Shown: positions 1 to 11,806 of the stretch, one piece after another
Numbering within the stretch: position 1 is the first letter of the stretch
Layout: every line of letters begins with the position of its first letter
Source of the DNA: Octopus sinensis
Taxonomy: Eukaryota
Direction of reading: 5' to 3'
Assembly (NCBI RefSeq): GCF_006345805.1
Contig: NC_043000.1
Location: forward strand, 101,618,001-101,682,000
DNA: 64,000 nucleotides
Translations under genes and position numbers: made by a program
Notes under the pieces: model-generated
What the model was told of the DNA's origin: nothing
The model's input: the letters and a program-made list of their open reading frames with translations, nothing else
Database searches by the model: none

Positions 1-108
1 GGCATATAAAAATCCCCTACTACACTCTTGGAGTCGTTGGTGTTAAGAAGGGCATCCAACTGTAGAAACCTTGCCAGATCAAATTGGAGCCTGGCACATC
101 ATCATCAT
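1..108 (+). mobile_element. RTE-type 3' tail fragment (LINE 3' end or RTE-tailed SINE)
   Basis: gaagggcatccaactgtagaaaccttgccagatcaaattggagcctgg followed by (CAT)n; same motif as the 3' end of the RTE at 28799-31612 and many short copies in the window. Confidence 0.7.
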
Positions 109-199
109 AATTGTTTAATTGTTGTTGTTATTATTATCATTAGTGTTATTGTTATTATTATTATTATTATTATTATTGTTATTATTATTATTATTATTA
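109..199. repeat. (ATT/GTT)n microsatellite, 3' flank of the R4/Dong element
   Basis: directly visible trinucleotide array. Confidence 0.95.
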
Positions 200-369
200 C
201 TTTTTTTTTTCTTCTTTCAAATTTGCTTCCATTTCTTGCCGAGTGTCTTCCCGACTCCTAGGGCAAAGAAACTCATTCTATACATTGGTAGGCCATTAAA
301 CCAAACTCAATAGTTCGTTCATTTTTTTTTTTTTTTTTTTAAGTTAAAATACATGAGCAGCAACAGTTC

Positions 370-1326
370 TCACATCGACAATGCTCTTCTCAATACGTGT
401 GATGTACCAGTTAAGACAATCTTTTGCACTTCTTGCAGGGATGGTAAGCCAGGGATCATTCTCATATAATTTTCGGTTCCCTTCTTGATCATTCCTAGTG
501 CTCCTACGATCACTGGTATTGTAACCGCCTTGAGATGCCACATTTTCTCAATTTCAATGAGTAGGTCTTTATATTTTCTGAGCTTGTCAAACTCTTTCGC
601 TGAGATATTATGATCACAGGGGATGCTCATGTCAATCAATAAGCAAACTTTATTGTTTTGGTCTTTCACAACAATATCTGGTTTATTGGCCTTGATGGTT
701 CGGTCTGTATGTACTGGAAAGTCCCACAGAATGGTTACATTTTCTCCTTCAGTTACAGCCTCAGGGTGGTAATTATACCACTTGTCGGCAGTTTTGATAT
801 TGTAATGCCGACTTATTAGCCAGTGTAGATATTGGCCAACTCTGTCATGTCTTAATTTATACTCCACTGGAGCTAAGACTTTACATCCAGAGATTAGGTG
901 GTCCACTGTTTCAATCATGTCGTTGCAGAATCGGCATTTTGGGTCTGCTCCATTTTTCATCACATTGGCCTGGTAGTTCCGGGTTAATAGGCTTTGATCT
1001 TGAGCAGCCAGGATGAAACCTTCGCTCTCTGCTTTTAGCCCTGAGCTCCGTAGCCACTGATGGGTTTGCTTCTGGTCAACATCAGCTTGTTTGCTGTGGG
1101 TCACATATTTGCCGTGCAGAGGTTTCTCCTCCCACCTATCAGCCAATTGCTCATGCGCTTTTTTTGTTGCCATTATTTTCACCTTCTTTGCAACAATAAT
1201 TGCCGTACTTCCCTCGGGTTGTTCTGTTTGGGTATCCTGCACGAGATCAATAGCAAATTTTTTGCTTTCCTTTATAATAGAATGAAGCTTCTTTCGTCTC
1301 TCGTGATTTTCCACGAGCTTTAGCAT
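370..1326 (-). pseudogene. C-terminal CCHC zinc knuckle and restriction-like (PD-D/ExK-type) endonuclease of the R4/Dong element
   Basis: CRFCNDMIETVDHLISGC, RHDRV, LWDFPVHTD, KPDIVV, LIDMSIP, KLRKYKDL, IPVIVGALG; the frame opens upstream to ~1410. Confidence 0.92.
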
Positions 1327-1397
1327 CCAGTCATTCGATATTTCGAGATATTTGGCCAGTCCAATTGTGGTTGTTTTGTAAGCTAGTTCAAATTGGA

Positions 1398-3077
1398 TCA
1401 GGCCTCGACCTCCTGGGCTCTGGGAAGGTAAAGGCGATCTACGTCTGCCTTTGGGTGGTGCATCCTATTACAACTCAGCAGCTTGCGTATTTTCCTATCT
1501 ATATTCTTTACTTCACTCATATTCCAGTTCAACACATTGTAGCTATAAGTAACAACTGGAACTGCTAAGGAATTTATAGCTAACGCCTTGTTACGTGCAT
1601 TTAGTTCAGATTTCAGGACTGTACGAACTCTCCTATAACATTCCTTCCTGATCTCTTTCATGCTTGCATGCTGAATACCAGAGCCTTCATTTATCCCTAA
1701 ATATTTGTATGTTTGTTCTTGCTCAAGCTCTCTTATGACTGTGTCAACATCTAACACGACTGAATTTGTGGTCTTCACTTTCCCTTTCTGGAAAGTGGCC
1801 TTGGCACACTTCTCAAGTCCAAACTCCATCCCGATGTCATCGCTAAATGCTTTCACAGTGCACAATAGGCCTTCAAGTTCATTATTGTCTTTACCATAAA
1901 GTTTTAAGTCATCCATATAAAATAGATGGCTTATTTTTTTATTGGCAATTTTATACCCATACCCTGTTCTGTTTAATTCACTTGTAAGGGGTATTAGGGC
2001 TATGCAGAATATTAAAGGTGAAAGTGAGTCACATTGAAAAATTCCACAGTTGATGTTTATATTTTCTGAGGCAAGTACTCCATTAGAGTGGTATAATTGG
2101 AGATTCGTATTCCACAACGACATATTGTGCTTCAGGAAGTTTGAAATCACAGGGGAAATTTTGAAGATGTTCAGCGATCTCAAGATCCATGGATGCGGTA
2201 TACTGTTGAAGGCCTTTTTATAGTCAATCCATGCGGTGCTGAGATTTCTGCGCTTGTTGTGACAGTTCTCAAGGATCATACGATTGATTAGCAGTTGATC
2301 TTTGCATCCATAAGAGCCTCGGCGGCACCCTTTTTGTTCAATGGGGAAAATATCGTTCTTCTCCATGAATGCATATGTTTTCTCCACCAGGATAGATGTT
2401 AGGATTTTATACGTGGTGGATAGACAGGTTATAGGCCGATAGTTTTTTGGAAGGTTGGTTTCGTTATTCTTTGGGAGTAGGTAAGTAATGCCACTTGCTA
2501 ACCATTCAGGTGTTTTCTTTGGGTCTCTCATAATTCCATTGAGCAGCTGAACTAGCTTACCGTGTGCGCATGGGAGCGATGCGAGCCAGAAATTCGGCAC
2601 CCTATCTTTACCGGGGGATTTCCAATTATGGGCCTTCGTGAGTGCCTTTCTTAGGTCTGTTATTGTGATGTCTTCCCATGCTTGTTGTTGTAAATTTTGG
2701 TAGGATCCTTCAGTTTGTATAATCCAGTCTGCATTTATGTTGTACGTCTTCTTGTCACTCCAAATACTTTTCCAAAAGTTTTTAACTTCTTCCATGGGAG
2801 GGGGGTCTTTAACGGTTACTTTCTCCTTCCCTATTTCTCTGTAGAATATTTTGGCATTGGATGTGAACAGCTTATTTTGCTTGTAAAACTTGTTTCTCTT
2901 CTCAAATCTTCGTATTCTTTGGGCTTTTGCTTGGACTTTTTGTTTCAGCGTTTCTTTTATTGATATCAGTTCTTCTCTTGGTGAGGATCCAAATTTTCTC
3001 TTCATCTTTCTTCCTGTTCTGGATCTTACATCATTTCCACATATTAGTTCATTTAATATTGATATTTCCCCTCTCAT
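1398..3077 (-). pseudogene. Reverse transcriptase domain of the R4/Dong element
   Basis: NWKSPGKDRV, NYRPITCL, EQKGC, WIDYKKAFNSIPH, IFQCDSLSP, HLFYMDDLKLY, YKYLG; a 1-bp deletion at ~1410 shifts LPRAQ-GGRGLIQ out of frame. Confidence 0.93.
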
Positions 3078-3688
3078 AAATTCAATCTCTTTTTCAATTT
3101 TACTTCTCCAGGTTTGATTTCTTCCAGGTTTTGTTTTCTTTGTTTTTTCGGGGGCATACAGCTGGTTTCAATTGCCCTAGCAGAAGCGTAAATAATTTCA
3201 TTTAACTCAGTAAAATCAGGTTTTAATTCTCGTATTATTTCATTTGTTACATAGTTGCCAATTTGGATTTGCTTTTTATTTTGGTTTGTATTTGAGAGTT
3301 TATGAAGTGGTTCTCTATCATTCATACTTGTATGTCTTACAACTTCAAGTGTATTCAGGATTTTCTGCCTCATTTCTGCCATAGACTCTCTGTGTTCTTC
3401 AGCAGATACGAGATCTTCAGTTACTGTTGTTTTTTCGTTTTCCTGGCTATCTTTAACAGGTACAATAGAATTTCTTGTATCTTCAGGCCTTTGCGTACTT
3501 TGGTCAGATGGCAGTCTTTCAATTAAGCCTCGTGGCGGGCTATACTGTTCATCTGATTCTTCATTTCCTTTGTGTCTTATATTTATGTCATTTTCTGTTG
3601 CGTGCTTGATCGCGCTTATTTCACTGTCTGTGAGTCTGTTATTTCTAAGGATATCCCTCCTCACATTTGCTAATTTGTTCTCGTCCAA
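3074..3688 (-). pseudogene. R4/Dong ORF linker piece
   Basis: NKLANVRRDILRNNRLTDSEI...ELNEIIYASA; frameshift near 3110-3130 relative to the RT piece (alternative frame reads WRSKIEKEIEFMRGEIS). Confidence 0.65.
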
Positions 3689-3703
3689 ATAGGGCCTACT
3701 GTC

Positions 3704-4054
3704 TTAATTCCGTGTTCTCCATATACTGTAAGAGTTTGCGGTGTGTCTCTCTTGAGATGGCCTACCTAATGCATAGTAATAAGCGTATATTACTTCTTTA
3801 TACTCTTCTCGGGTCCATTTGTTCCGCTTACATTTTTCTTTCTGTGGTGGTTGTGGTGGTGAACTTGGAGGGCTCGAGTTGGGGGATTTCCCGTTCAAGT
3901 GACCATCCATGTCCGTATTCGGAGAAGAGTTTGTGTCAGTTGATGACTTTTCGGTCCCAGGCTGGCTCTTCCCTGGGGGACGCGCTTCCAGATTAACCAT
4001 AGGACAAGTGATTTGGTATACTGATTTAGTTTTCCTTTTAGTTTCCAAAAACAT
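3704..4054 (-). pseudogene. R4/Dong ORF N-terminal piece with Myb-like motif
   Basis: KRNKWTREEYKEVIYAYYYAL...YSIWRTRN; ends at an in-frame TAA (3704-3706) and the same frame continues DSRPYLDENKLANVRR. Confidence 0.7.
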
Positions 4055-4163
4055 TTTGGTGCTACGATAATGTTATCATTTTTTAGCTTTGGTTGGCTCG
4101 TGGGGAGACGGCCATCATTGCTGTTACAATTATAATCGTACCATTATAGCAGCCATAGTCGGC

Positions 4164-4320
4164 TTATTATTGTTATTATCATCACCATTATTATCACTAT
4201 CATCATTATCACCACCATTACCATCATCATTATCATCATCACCATCACCATCACCACCATCATCATCAATGATATTGTTTTATGCGTAGTCACAGCAGTA
4301 TCTTATTATTGTTATTTTTG
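4164..4320. repeat. Mixed (ATT/ATC/ACC)n microsatellite, 5' flank of the R4/Dong element
   Basis: directly visible. Confidence 0.9.
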
Positions 4321-4578
4321 TTTTTTATCCTTATCACCATCACAGTAGTGTCTGTCTGTCTCGTTGGCTGGCTTGGTGGTTGGCTGGCTGACTGTCTTCA
4401 ATGCCAGAGTTCTTGCCTGTCAAATAATACTTTCATATTTGGTTAACAACAGAGGTGAGGTTTGTGTTGGTTGAACTCTTTGAGTGTGTGTGTGTGTGTG
4501 TAGATAGATAGATAGATTATCAGCACTATTACTATTATTATTATCATCATCACCATCATCACCATCACCACCAGTGAT

Positions 4579-6161
4579 ATTTTTTTTTTTTTTTTTTTTT
4601 TTGTAGGTGGGGTCAAAAAAAGTTCAGATGTTTACTACTATTAGCCTTAAGAAAAATTAAGGAAGGGCTGTTCTGTATTGTTTGTGAATAGAGAAGTTGT
4701 GTTTGACCAGAGAGAATCTTAGCATCATCATTTTTTTTTTCCATGTGCGTTTGTGTTATTGCAATAAAATGTGTTTGTATATTTCGTGTAAGGTAATATT
4801 GTGGAGGTTGAAGTTGACCCCTCTAGAGATGTTTGTATGTCCAGTTAGAAGAACAGGTGTGTTTTTGCAATAAAAAGTATATGTTTACATTTATATTTGA
4901 ATATTCTGGGAGGAAGCAAAGAAAAGTCAGATTTTCATAGAAAGTTTTAGGGTTTTGTAAGTCCACAAAAAGAAAAGCATAATGTTTTTAGAGAGAAGAA
5001 AAGAAAGGATGTTTACAGAGGCAATTGTGGGTATCAAAGTTTTTAAAGCTGGTCGAATGTATGATTGAAAACTGTAGATATGTAAATTTGTAAATTTTCT
5101 TAACTTATTTTGAAGGGCTGTTCTGTATTATTTGTGAATAGAGAAGCTGTGTTCGACCAGAGAGAATCTTAGCATCATTATTTTTTCCATGTGTGTTTGT
5201 GTTATTGCAATAAAGAGTGTTTGTATATTTCGTGCAAGGTAATATTGTGGAGGTTGAAGTTGACCCCTCTAGAGATGTTTGTATGTCCAGTTAGAAGAAC
5301 AGGGGTGTTTTTGCAATAAAAAGTATATGTTTACATTTATATTTGAATATTCTGGGAGGAAGCAAAGAAAAGTCAGATTTTCATAGAAAGTTTTAGGGTT
5401 TTGTAAGTCCACAAAAAGAAAAGCATAATGTTTTTAGAGAGAAGAAAAGAAAGGATGTTTACAGAGGCAATTGTGGGTATCAAAGTTTTTAAAGCTGGTC
5501 GAATGTATGATTGAAAACTGTAGATATGTAATTTGTAAATTTCTTAACTTATTTTGAAGGGCTGTTCTGTATTATTTGTGAATAGAGAAGCTGTGTTCGA
5601 CCAGAGAGAATCTTTGCATCATTATTTTTTCCATGTGTGTTTGTGTTATTGCAATAAAGAGTGTTTGTATATTTCGTGCAAGGTAATATTGTGGAGGTTG
5701 AAGTTGACCCCTCTAGAGATGTTTGTATGTCCAGTTAGAAGAACAGGTGTGTTTTTGCAATAAAAAGTATATGTTTACATTTATATTTGAATATTCTAGG
5801 AGGAAGCAAAGAAAAGTCAGATTTTCATAGAAAGTTTTAGGGTTTTGCAAGTCCACAAAAAGAAAAGCGTGATGTTTTTAGAGAGAAAAAAAAAAAAAAA
5901 GGGTGCTTACAGAGGCAGTTGTGGGTATTAAAGTTTTTAAAGCCGATCAGATGTATGTTTGAAAGCTGCAGATATGTAAATTTGTAAATTTCTTAACCCA
6001 CTTTGAAGAAAATTTCAAATACTCACGAGGTATTGTAGATGTTCCAGTCTTTGAGAGTCATTTTTCCCCGTTGCTAAACTGGCCCATATTAGTGTTTCTA
6101 TGGCTTTCGGCCACCGAACTGTCAGAGCAGTGAGGAACACGTCCAGCCGCTGTCAAGGCTG

Positions 6162-6162
<1 letters not shown>
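4579..6162 (-). mobile_element. Probable decayed L1/Tx1-like ORF2 3' fragment with internal triplication and A-rich end
   Basis: minus-strand translation with frameshifts gives KAIETLI / MTLKDWNIYN / SKWVKKF / TLHEIYKHIL / DSLWSNT, resembling the post-RT region of L1/Tx1; poly(T) on + strand at ~4579-4602. Confidence 0.4.
4662..6004. repeat. Tandem triplication of a ~445-450 bp unit (4662-5111, 5112-5555, 5556-6004)
   Basis: each unit starts gaagggctgttctgtatt; copies align base for base with few differences. Confidence 0.95.
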
Positions 6163-6205
<43 letters not shown>

Positions 6206-6237
6206 GTTATTATTGTTATTATTATCACCATCATTCG

Positions 6238-6440
6238 TAAGGTGGAGAGCTGGCAGAATTGGTAGCCTGCTGGGCAAAATTCTTAGCAGCATTTTGTCTG
6301 TTTTTACCTTCTAAGTTCAAATTCCACTAAGGTTGATTGTCTTTAATCCTTTTAGGGCCCAATAAAACAAGAACAATTTGAGCACTGAAGTTGATGTAAT
6401 CGACTTACTTCCCTCCACCTCAAATTGCTGGCCTTGTGTA
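6238..6440 (+). mobile_element. tRNA-derived SINE family A (degenerate copy)
   Basis: ggagagctggcagaa head, gttcaaattcc B-box-like motif, central block homologous to copies at 10210, 20559 and 34490. Confidence 0.7.
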
Positions 6441-6519
6441 AAAACTGCTAAGAACATGTATAAATGCTGGTTTGTTAGGTGGGTGGTTATCTCTAGTTAC
6501 ACTTTACATCGTATGTTTA

Positions 6520-6700
6520 CAGCTGTTACTGAAAGCTGTCATTTATAGCATTTAGTTATGACAGTTTTGTGAGAACTGTTTGATTTGAATACACAAACTG
6601 TCACCAGATAGCCATAATACAAAAAAAATCTATGGAGATTTTTTTCTTTCTGAGCATGCATACCTATTGTATACATGCACACACTGCAGCACAAATATAT
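6520..6700. repeat. ~180-bp direct repeat, copy 1 (copy 2 at 7775-7957)
   Basis: cagctgttactgaaagctgtcattt...gcacaaa aligns with 7775-7957 with scattered substitutions. Confidence 0.85.
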
Positions 6701-6950
6701 GTGGAAGCACGTGGCTTAGTGGTTAGGGTGTCAGCATCATGATTGTAAGGTTGTGGTTTCGATTCCTGGACTGGGTGACGCATTGTGTTCTTGAGCAAAA
6801 CACTTCATTTCACGTTACTCCAGACCATTCAGCTGGCAAAAATGAATAACGCTGCGATGGACTGGCGTCCCATCCAGCTGGAGAACACATATGCCATGGA
6901 AACCGGGAAACCGGGCTCATGAGCCTGGCTAGGCTTTAAAAGGGCGTATT
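6701..6950 (+). mobile_element. tRNA-derived SINE family B (CORE/V-like central block)
   Basis: A box gtggcttagtgg, B box gtttcgattcc, gtgttcttgagcaaaacacttcatttcacg central block, ctgcgatggactggcgtcccatccag 3' part. Confidence 0.8.
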
Positions 6951-6994
6951 TATTATTTTATTTTTTATTATATATATATATATATATATATTTT

Positions 6995-7029
<35 letters not shown>

Positions 7030-7215
7030 AGTGGGAGAGTTAATGTAAGAAGTGTGGGATGAGTGGCTGATAATTTGGTTGTTGACCAAAGAAATTTCTT
7101 CATGTTAAATTAATGGGTGAGCTACTGAATATTCCATAGATGTTTGCGCCCTTAATCTAATTCTCAGGCTGAATTAGTGTAAATAAATATGACAAGGCTG
7201 AACCTTTGAATTAAC

Positions 7216-7296
<81 letters not shown>

Positions 7297-7537
7297 TGAA
7301 AGCCAGGGGTAGAATCGACCCTACTACTGGATTGGTACCTAATTTGTCGGCCCTGAAAGAAGAAAATCAAAGTTGACCTTAATGGAAGTAGAAACAGAAT
7401 GAACGCTAATGAATACTGCATCACAATCTATCTTCTACTGCATTGATTCCTTCAGTTTGTCACATTATATTGGAAATATGCTGTAAAAATATCCCTTTCC
7501 TCTTTTATTACCTTGTTGGTTTGTTATATGAAAGTAT

Positions 7538-7770
7538 CTAACCCTTTTGATACCAACATGGCTGAAACTGCCTCTGGCTTTGTAGTACAAATCTCTTGTT
7601 TTCAGAAGTTCTGAATTAAAATCTTCCACAAAACCTTAGTCACAATTTATGTGCCTAACACTAGCTTAATGATAACTAAGTTATTTTACTAAATTGTTTG
7701 TTATATTTAAAATTAATTGAAAGAAACACAGAGCATCTCAACAGAAATATAGTAAAAAGAAAAGGGTTAA
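7538..7770. mobile_element. piggyBac-type MITE (family P2)
   Basis: (c)taa-CCCTTTT ... AAAAGGG-ttaa termini; homologous to 18029-18255. Confidence 0.7.
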
Positions 7771-7774
7771 CAGC

Positions 7775-7957
7775 CAGCTGTTACTGAAAGCTGTCATTTA
7801 CAGCGTTTAGTTATGACAGTTTTGTGAGAAATGTTTGATTCGGATACACAAACTTTTACCAGATAGCCATAATACTAAAGATTTATGGAGATTTTTTTTC
7901 TTTCTGAACATGCACACTTATTGCATACGTGCACACACTACAGCACAAACACATATA
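7775..7957. repeat. ~180-bp direct repeat, copy 2
   Basis: aligns with 6520-6700. Confidence 0.85.
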
Positions 7958-8963
7958 TTAAGACCAAGTGTGGGTGTTTTTTTTGTGTTTATTTTTTTCT
8001 CTTTTTTCTTAAAAATCGCTTCTCTCTACATTTATACATGGAGAGCGAAGAATAAAATGTCTTTGAATGTTAAAGACTGTATTTAAACAATGATAAATGG
8101 CTGGTTCACCAAAAAAACAATATGTTCTCACAAGATTTTTAATCTGTTTTCACTGTTTGGAATTCGCTTCAGTAAAATATTAAATTCCTGTGAGCATATC
8201 GTGGAGTGTTAAGCTATTTAGATTATGCAAGAAGTCTTTGTATTACTTACATATTTACAGGAGCTTTTCTTCTTGAATAAATATTTTATACATACACATT
8301 CACAGATACATACATGCCTTTATTTTATATTTGTTAGCATCATAGAGCAATGCTGTGTCTTTGTTGTAGATAATATTTGCAAGTCTTACGTATAAATTTC
8401 CAAGTTGTAAGCTATATTTTAGTAATTATATGCAAGATATTATTCAAATTCAACAAGAATAAAAAGAAAATCACAGGAAGAGAATCCATAGATAAATCCA
8501 ACAATGTTTGTAATTTTTAAATTATGTTTATTTTTTTTTTATATCTTTATATTATATTATATTATATATGAGACTTCAGCAGAGGTGTATGATAAGAAGT
8601 TTGCTTCCTGGCCACATAGTTCTGTATTCAATCACACCGAATGATGCCTGGGGCAAGTGTCTGCCCCAAAACAAAGCCTTGTGAGTGGATTTGGTTGAAA
8701 GAAACGGAAAGAAGCCTGTCATATATGTTTGTGTGCGTGTGTGTATATGTGTCTTCTTGTCTTGATATCATTTGATAGTTGTAAAAATATGTGTTATTGT
8801 CATATAAGCAATATCATTTATGTCAAATATTCTGTGAAAAAAATGTCTACCCAGAAACAAGTAAAGGTTGGTGACAGGAAGGGCATCCAGCTGTAGAAAA
8901 TCCACCTCAACAAATTTCATCTGACCCATGTGAGCACACAAAATGGACGTTAAAATGATTATG

Positions 8964-8998
<35 letters not shown>

Positions 8999-8999
<1 letters not shown>

Positions 9000-9656
9000 T
9001 TGTTTTACTTCTCTGCACATTCAGTCTTGTTTGTTCTGGTAGATTCTGTGAGAGTGGACAGCAACCTGCCATCAGAGGTCTCACGGGGTCACTTTCTGCA
9101 CATTATAAGCTTTGATACTTGGTTGTTAATTATTGTGGGGGGCATTCAACATCGAAGTACCAATCTCAAAATCCTAGCTGTCCTCAGCAGAGCAGTTTTT
9201 GGGGCTTGCTCTACTCTCATGTCAATACCAATTTCTTTGACATATTTCTCAATCTTGGTTGTTAGTGCTCTGAGTGTCCCTACAACTATCGGATTGACAT
9301 ACACTTTCCTCATAGTCCACATCCTTGCAATTTTGTCTTTTAGTAGTCTGTACTTTTCGATCTTTTCTAGTTCTTTGTCACTTATGCGTGCATCTCCAGG
9401 TATTGCAATATCTATGATCTTGGTTTCCTTTTTTCCTTTACCTATTACAACAATATCTGGTCTTCGAGCCTCGATTAGGGAGTCACACTGGCTTGTAAAA
9501 TCCCACGGTATCTTATGTTCTCGGTGACTCCTTCTGGTTCATGTTCTTACCATTTCTGTGCTCCGTTCAGGCCATACTTTTCCCATAGCTTTCCAGTGGA
9601 CAAACTTAGCCACATTACCATGCCTCCTTTTGTAGTGTTTTTGAAAACTCACTCAC

Positions 9657-9657
<1 letters not shown>
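8999..9657 (-). mobile_element. 5'-truncated R4/Dong-type RLE retrotransposon (second family), endonuclease domain plus 3' UTR
   Basis: minus translation KRRHGNVAKFVHW...IPWDFTSQCDSLIEARRPDIVV...KIIDIAIPGD...EKIEKYRLL...NPIVVGTL...RILRLVLRC*; pure (ATT)n on both sides. Confidence 0.88.
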
Positions 9658-9693
<36 letters not shown>

Positions 9694-10209
9694 TGGTTTG
9701 AAATTGAAGGGGAAGCATCAGTGTTCTGGTGACATTGTTGCAGTTGATACTTGTAGGAAAATTGTGGATAGAAAAAGGGTTCCAGAGTTCTATAGTGTTA
9801 AGGAAGGAGGATTGTGAACGGTTTTAGTATAAGCATTCAGAAGTGGGATATAATAGGGATTATGATTAGGGATGAGACAGATGTAATGAATAAAATCTGG
9901 TAAGAGACAGTATTTCAGGAACATTTATTGTAGATGTTCTAAATGAACATTGCACACCTACCAAAGATGGAAACTTTTTGTATAATAACAATTCTGTTCT
10001 TGTATTCTTATGATATAATCTGGTCTTAATTCATTTTCAAATCCATTAGCACACTCATAGAGGCAAAGATTTTAATTAAATTGATGTCATATTGTGTTAT
10101 AGAAATAGAAAAAAAAATTGCATGATTATGCATATGCTTGAGGAGTAGATCTAGTCTGAAACTATGATCACTTATACCACTGGCAATATTTCAATATTTT
10201 GCTGCTCCT

Positions 10210-10425
10210 AAGGCAGAGAGCTGGCAGAAATGTTAGCATACTGGGCGAAATGCTTAGCATTATTTCATCTGTCTTTACATTCTGAGTTCAAATTCCGCCG
10301 AGGTCAACTTTGCCTTTCATCCTTTTGGGGTCGATAGATTAAGTACCAGCTGCATACTCAGGTCAATCTAATCGACTGGCCCCTTCCCCCAAAATTTCAG
10401 GCCTTGTGCCTAGAGTAGAAAAGAA
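10210..10425 (+). mobile_element. tRNA-derived SINE family A
   Basis: ggcagagagctggcagaaatgttagc head, ctgagttcaaattccgccgaggtc, gcctttcatccttttggggtcgata central domain. Confidence 0.85.
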
Positions 10426-10537
10426 TATTTCCTGCTCCTTGTTGCCCTCATATCTATCTCTTCTTCATTCACCTCCTCCCATGTCCCCCTGTATTGTGGC
10501 TTACTACATTATAAGAGGGAGGTGGATGGAGGATCTA

Positions 10538-10815
10538 CAGTAGTAGTTCTCAACTGGGTGGGGTGTGGGGCGTCCATATGACCCTTGTGGGGTCTATATA
10601 AGATTTTGTTGCCAAAGTTTATGTGCAATTAATTATTTATACTTCTACAATGCTGATAACATTTTAACAATTTTTTTTCAATACAATTCCTAATAATATT
10701 TAATTACAAAAATATAATAATATTTTTTAAAAATTTCAAATGTCTATGGGGTCCAGTAGAGTAAAATAAGAAGCAATGAGGTTCATAAGTTAAAAAAAGT
10801 TATTGAGAATCTCTG
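10538..10815. mobile_element. hAT (Charlie/MER5-like) MITE
   Basis: terminal inverted repeats cagtagtagttctcaac ... ttgagaatctctg; TSD not clean. Confidence 0.55.
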
Positions 10816-11189
10816 ATCAATAGGATTTACATTATAGATCCTGTTGAACCATCCAATCTATGTTAGTATAGAAAGTGGATAGATGATGATGACGATAATG
10901 ATCATGATGATGGCGATGATGATGATGATTAGGATGATGATGATGATCATGATCATGACGATGAAGACGACAACAATGATTAGGATGATAGGGGTGATTA
11001 TAAGATCAAAAGAAGCTATACCAAAGAAAGGCTGTTGTTTTCCTGCACTGAGAGTGTTCGACCTCGATCATAGGCATTCCAGCTGTGGCCGTCCTGCATT
11101 TGTGTATACCAAGAACTCTATATTTTCCAATGTCTCTCTCTTTTAAGACAGTAACTTGTACTTGAACAAAGCTGACTGTTATTTCTTGT

Positions 11190-11540
11190 AGGCCAGGAGA
11201 CTTTATAGCGGTTTCTCACAGGCACACCTCACAAAGGGTTGCAAGAAGTTCAAGGAGATGTTAACACTGTTGGCAACAACAAAAAAAAAATTTTCTCTTA
11301 TAAAAAAAAAAAAAAGATAGAAACAGACTGCCTGAAGCATGCAAAGGTAATGAGAAACTGTATGGTTGAAAGACATGTGCATCAAGCATAGTGACTCTTC
11401 AAAGGTTGGGGAGAAATGAGATGAACATGATCCATCAGATGTGTAACATTAATGTAGATGAAAAGGTACAGCACGAGAGAGATAGATAGAGAGAGAGAGA
11501 GAGAGTGAGAGAGAAGTTGCTGGGCATTGAAGGCATAAAG
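11190..11540 (+). mobile_element. Highly decayed RTE ORF fragment
   Basis: KGCKKFKEMLTLLAT and RLGRNEMNMIHQMCNINV resemble the RTE post-RT region; interrupted by poly(A) and (GA)n expansions. Confidence 0.5.
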
Positions 11541-11640
11541 TACTTACAAGAAAATACAAAAATCTATTAAATAAAAAAGTGAGTTTCAAGTGTATGCCTT
11601 CAATATAATGTCATTTGAAAGAAAAGCTTCCAATCTCAAC

Positions 11641-11762
11641 ACATATTGTGCATGTGCGTGAGTGCATATTTACCCCTTCCCCTTTACACACACACACATA
11701 TATGCATGTGTGCATGTATGCACATAAATGTCCACACATATACAAGGAGAGATATATGTGTA

Positions 11763-11806
<44 letters not shown>

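Larger units (their letters stand above)
200..4163 (-). mobile_element. Apparently full-length R4/Dong-clade non-LTR retrotransposon (Myb-like N-terminus, RT, CCHC knuckle, RLE endonuclease), disabled
   Basis: four collinear minus-strand ORF pieces give the single-ORF RLE architecture; ~170-bp 3' UTR runs directly into (TAA)n; 5' end abuts an ATT/ATC array at ~4164. Confidence 0.88.

Noticed and set aside
28-313. Poly-Ile/poly-Leu ORFs, and the many [17 protein letters not shown] ORFs across the window
   Set aside because: They are translations of microsatellites and show no coding signal.
3950-4163. Possible HDV-like ribozyme at the 5' end of the R4/Dong element
   Set aside because: Only a simple hairpin (gtccc-ccagg...cctgggac) was found; I could not build the nested pseudoknot by eye. 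An Infernal or RNArobo search would settle it.
6085-6130. Hammerhead-like CTGACAG...GGC-CGAAA-GCC...GAAAC on the minus strand
   Set aside because: The core is not CUGANGA, no helix I can be formed, and the region is better explained as decayed LINE coding sequence.
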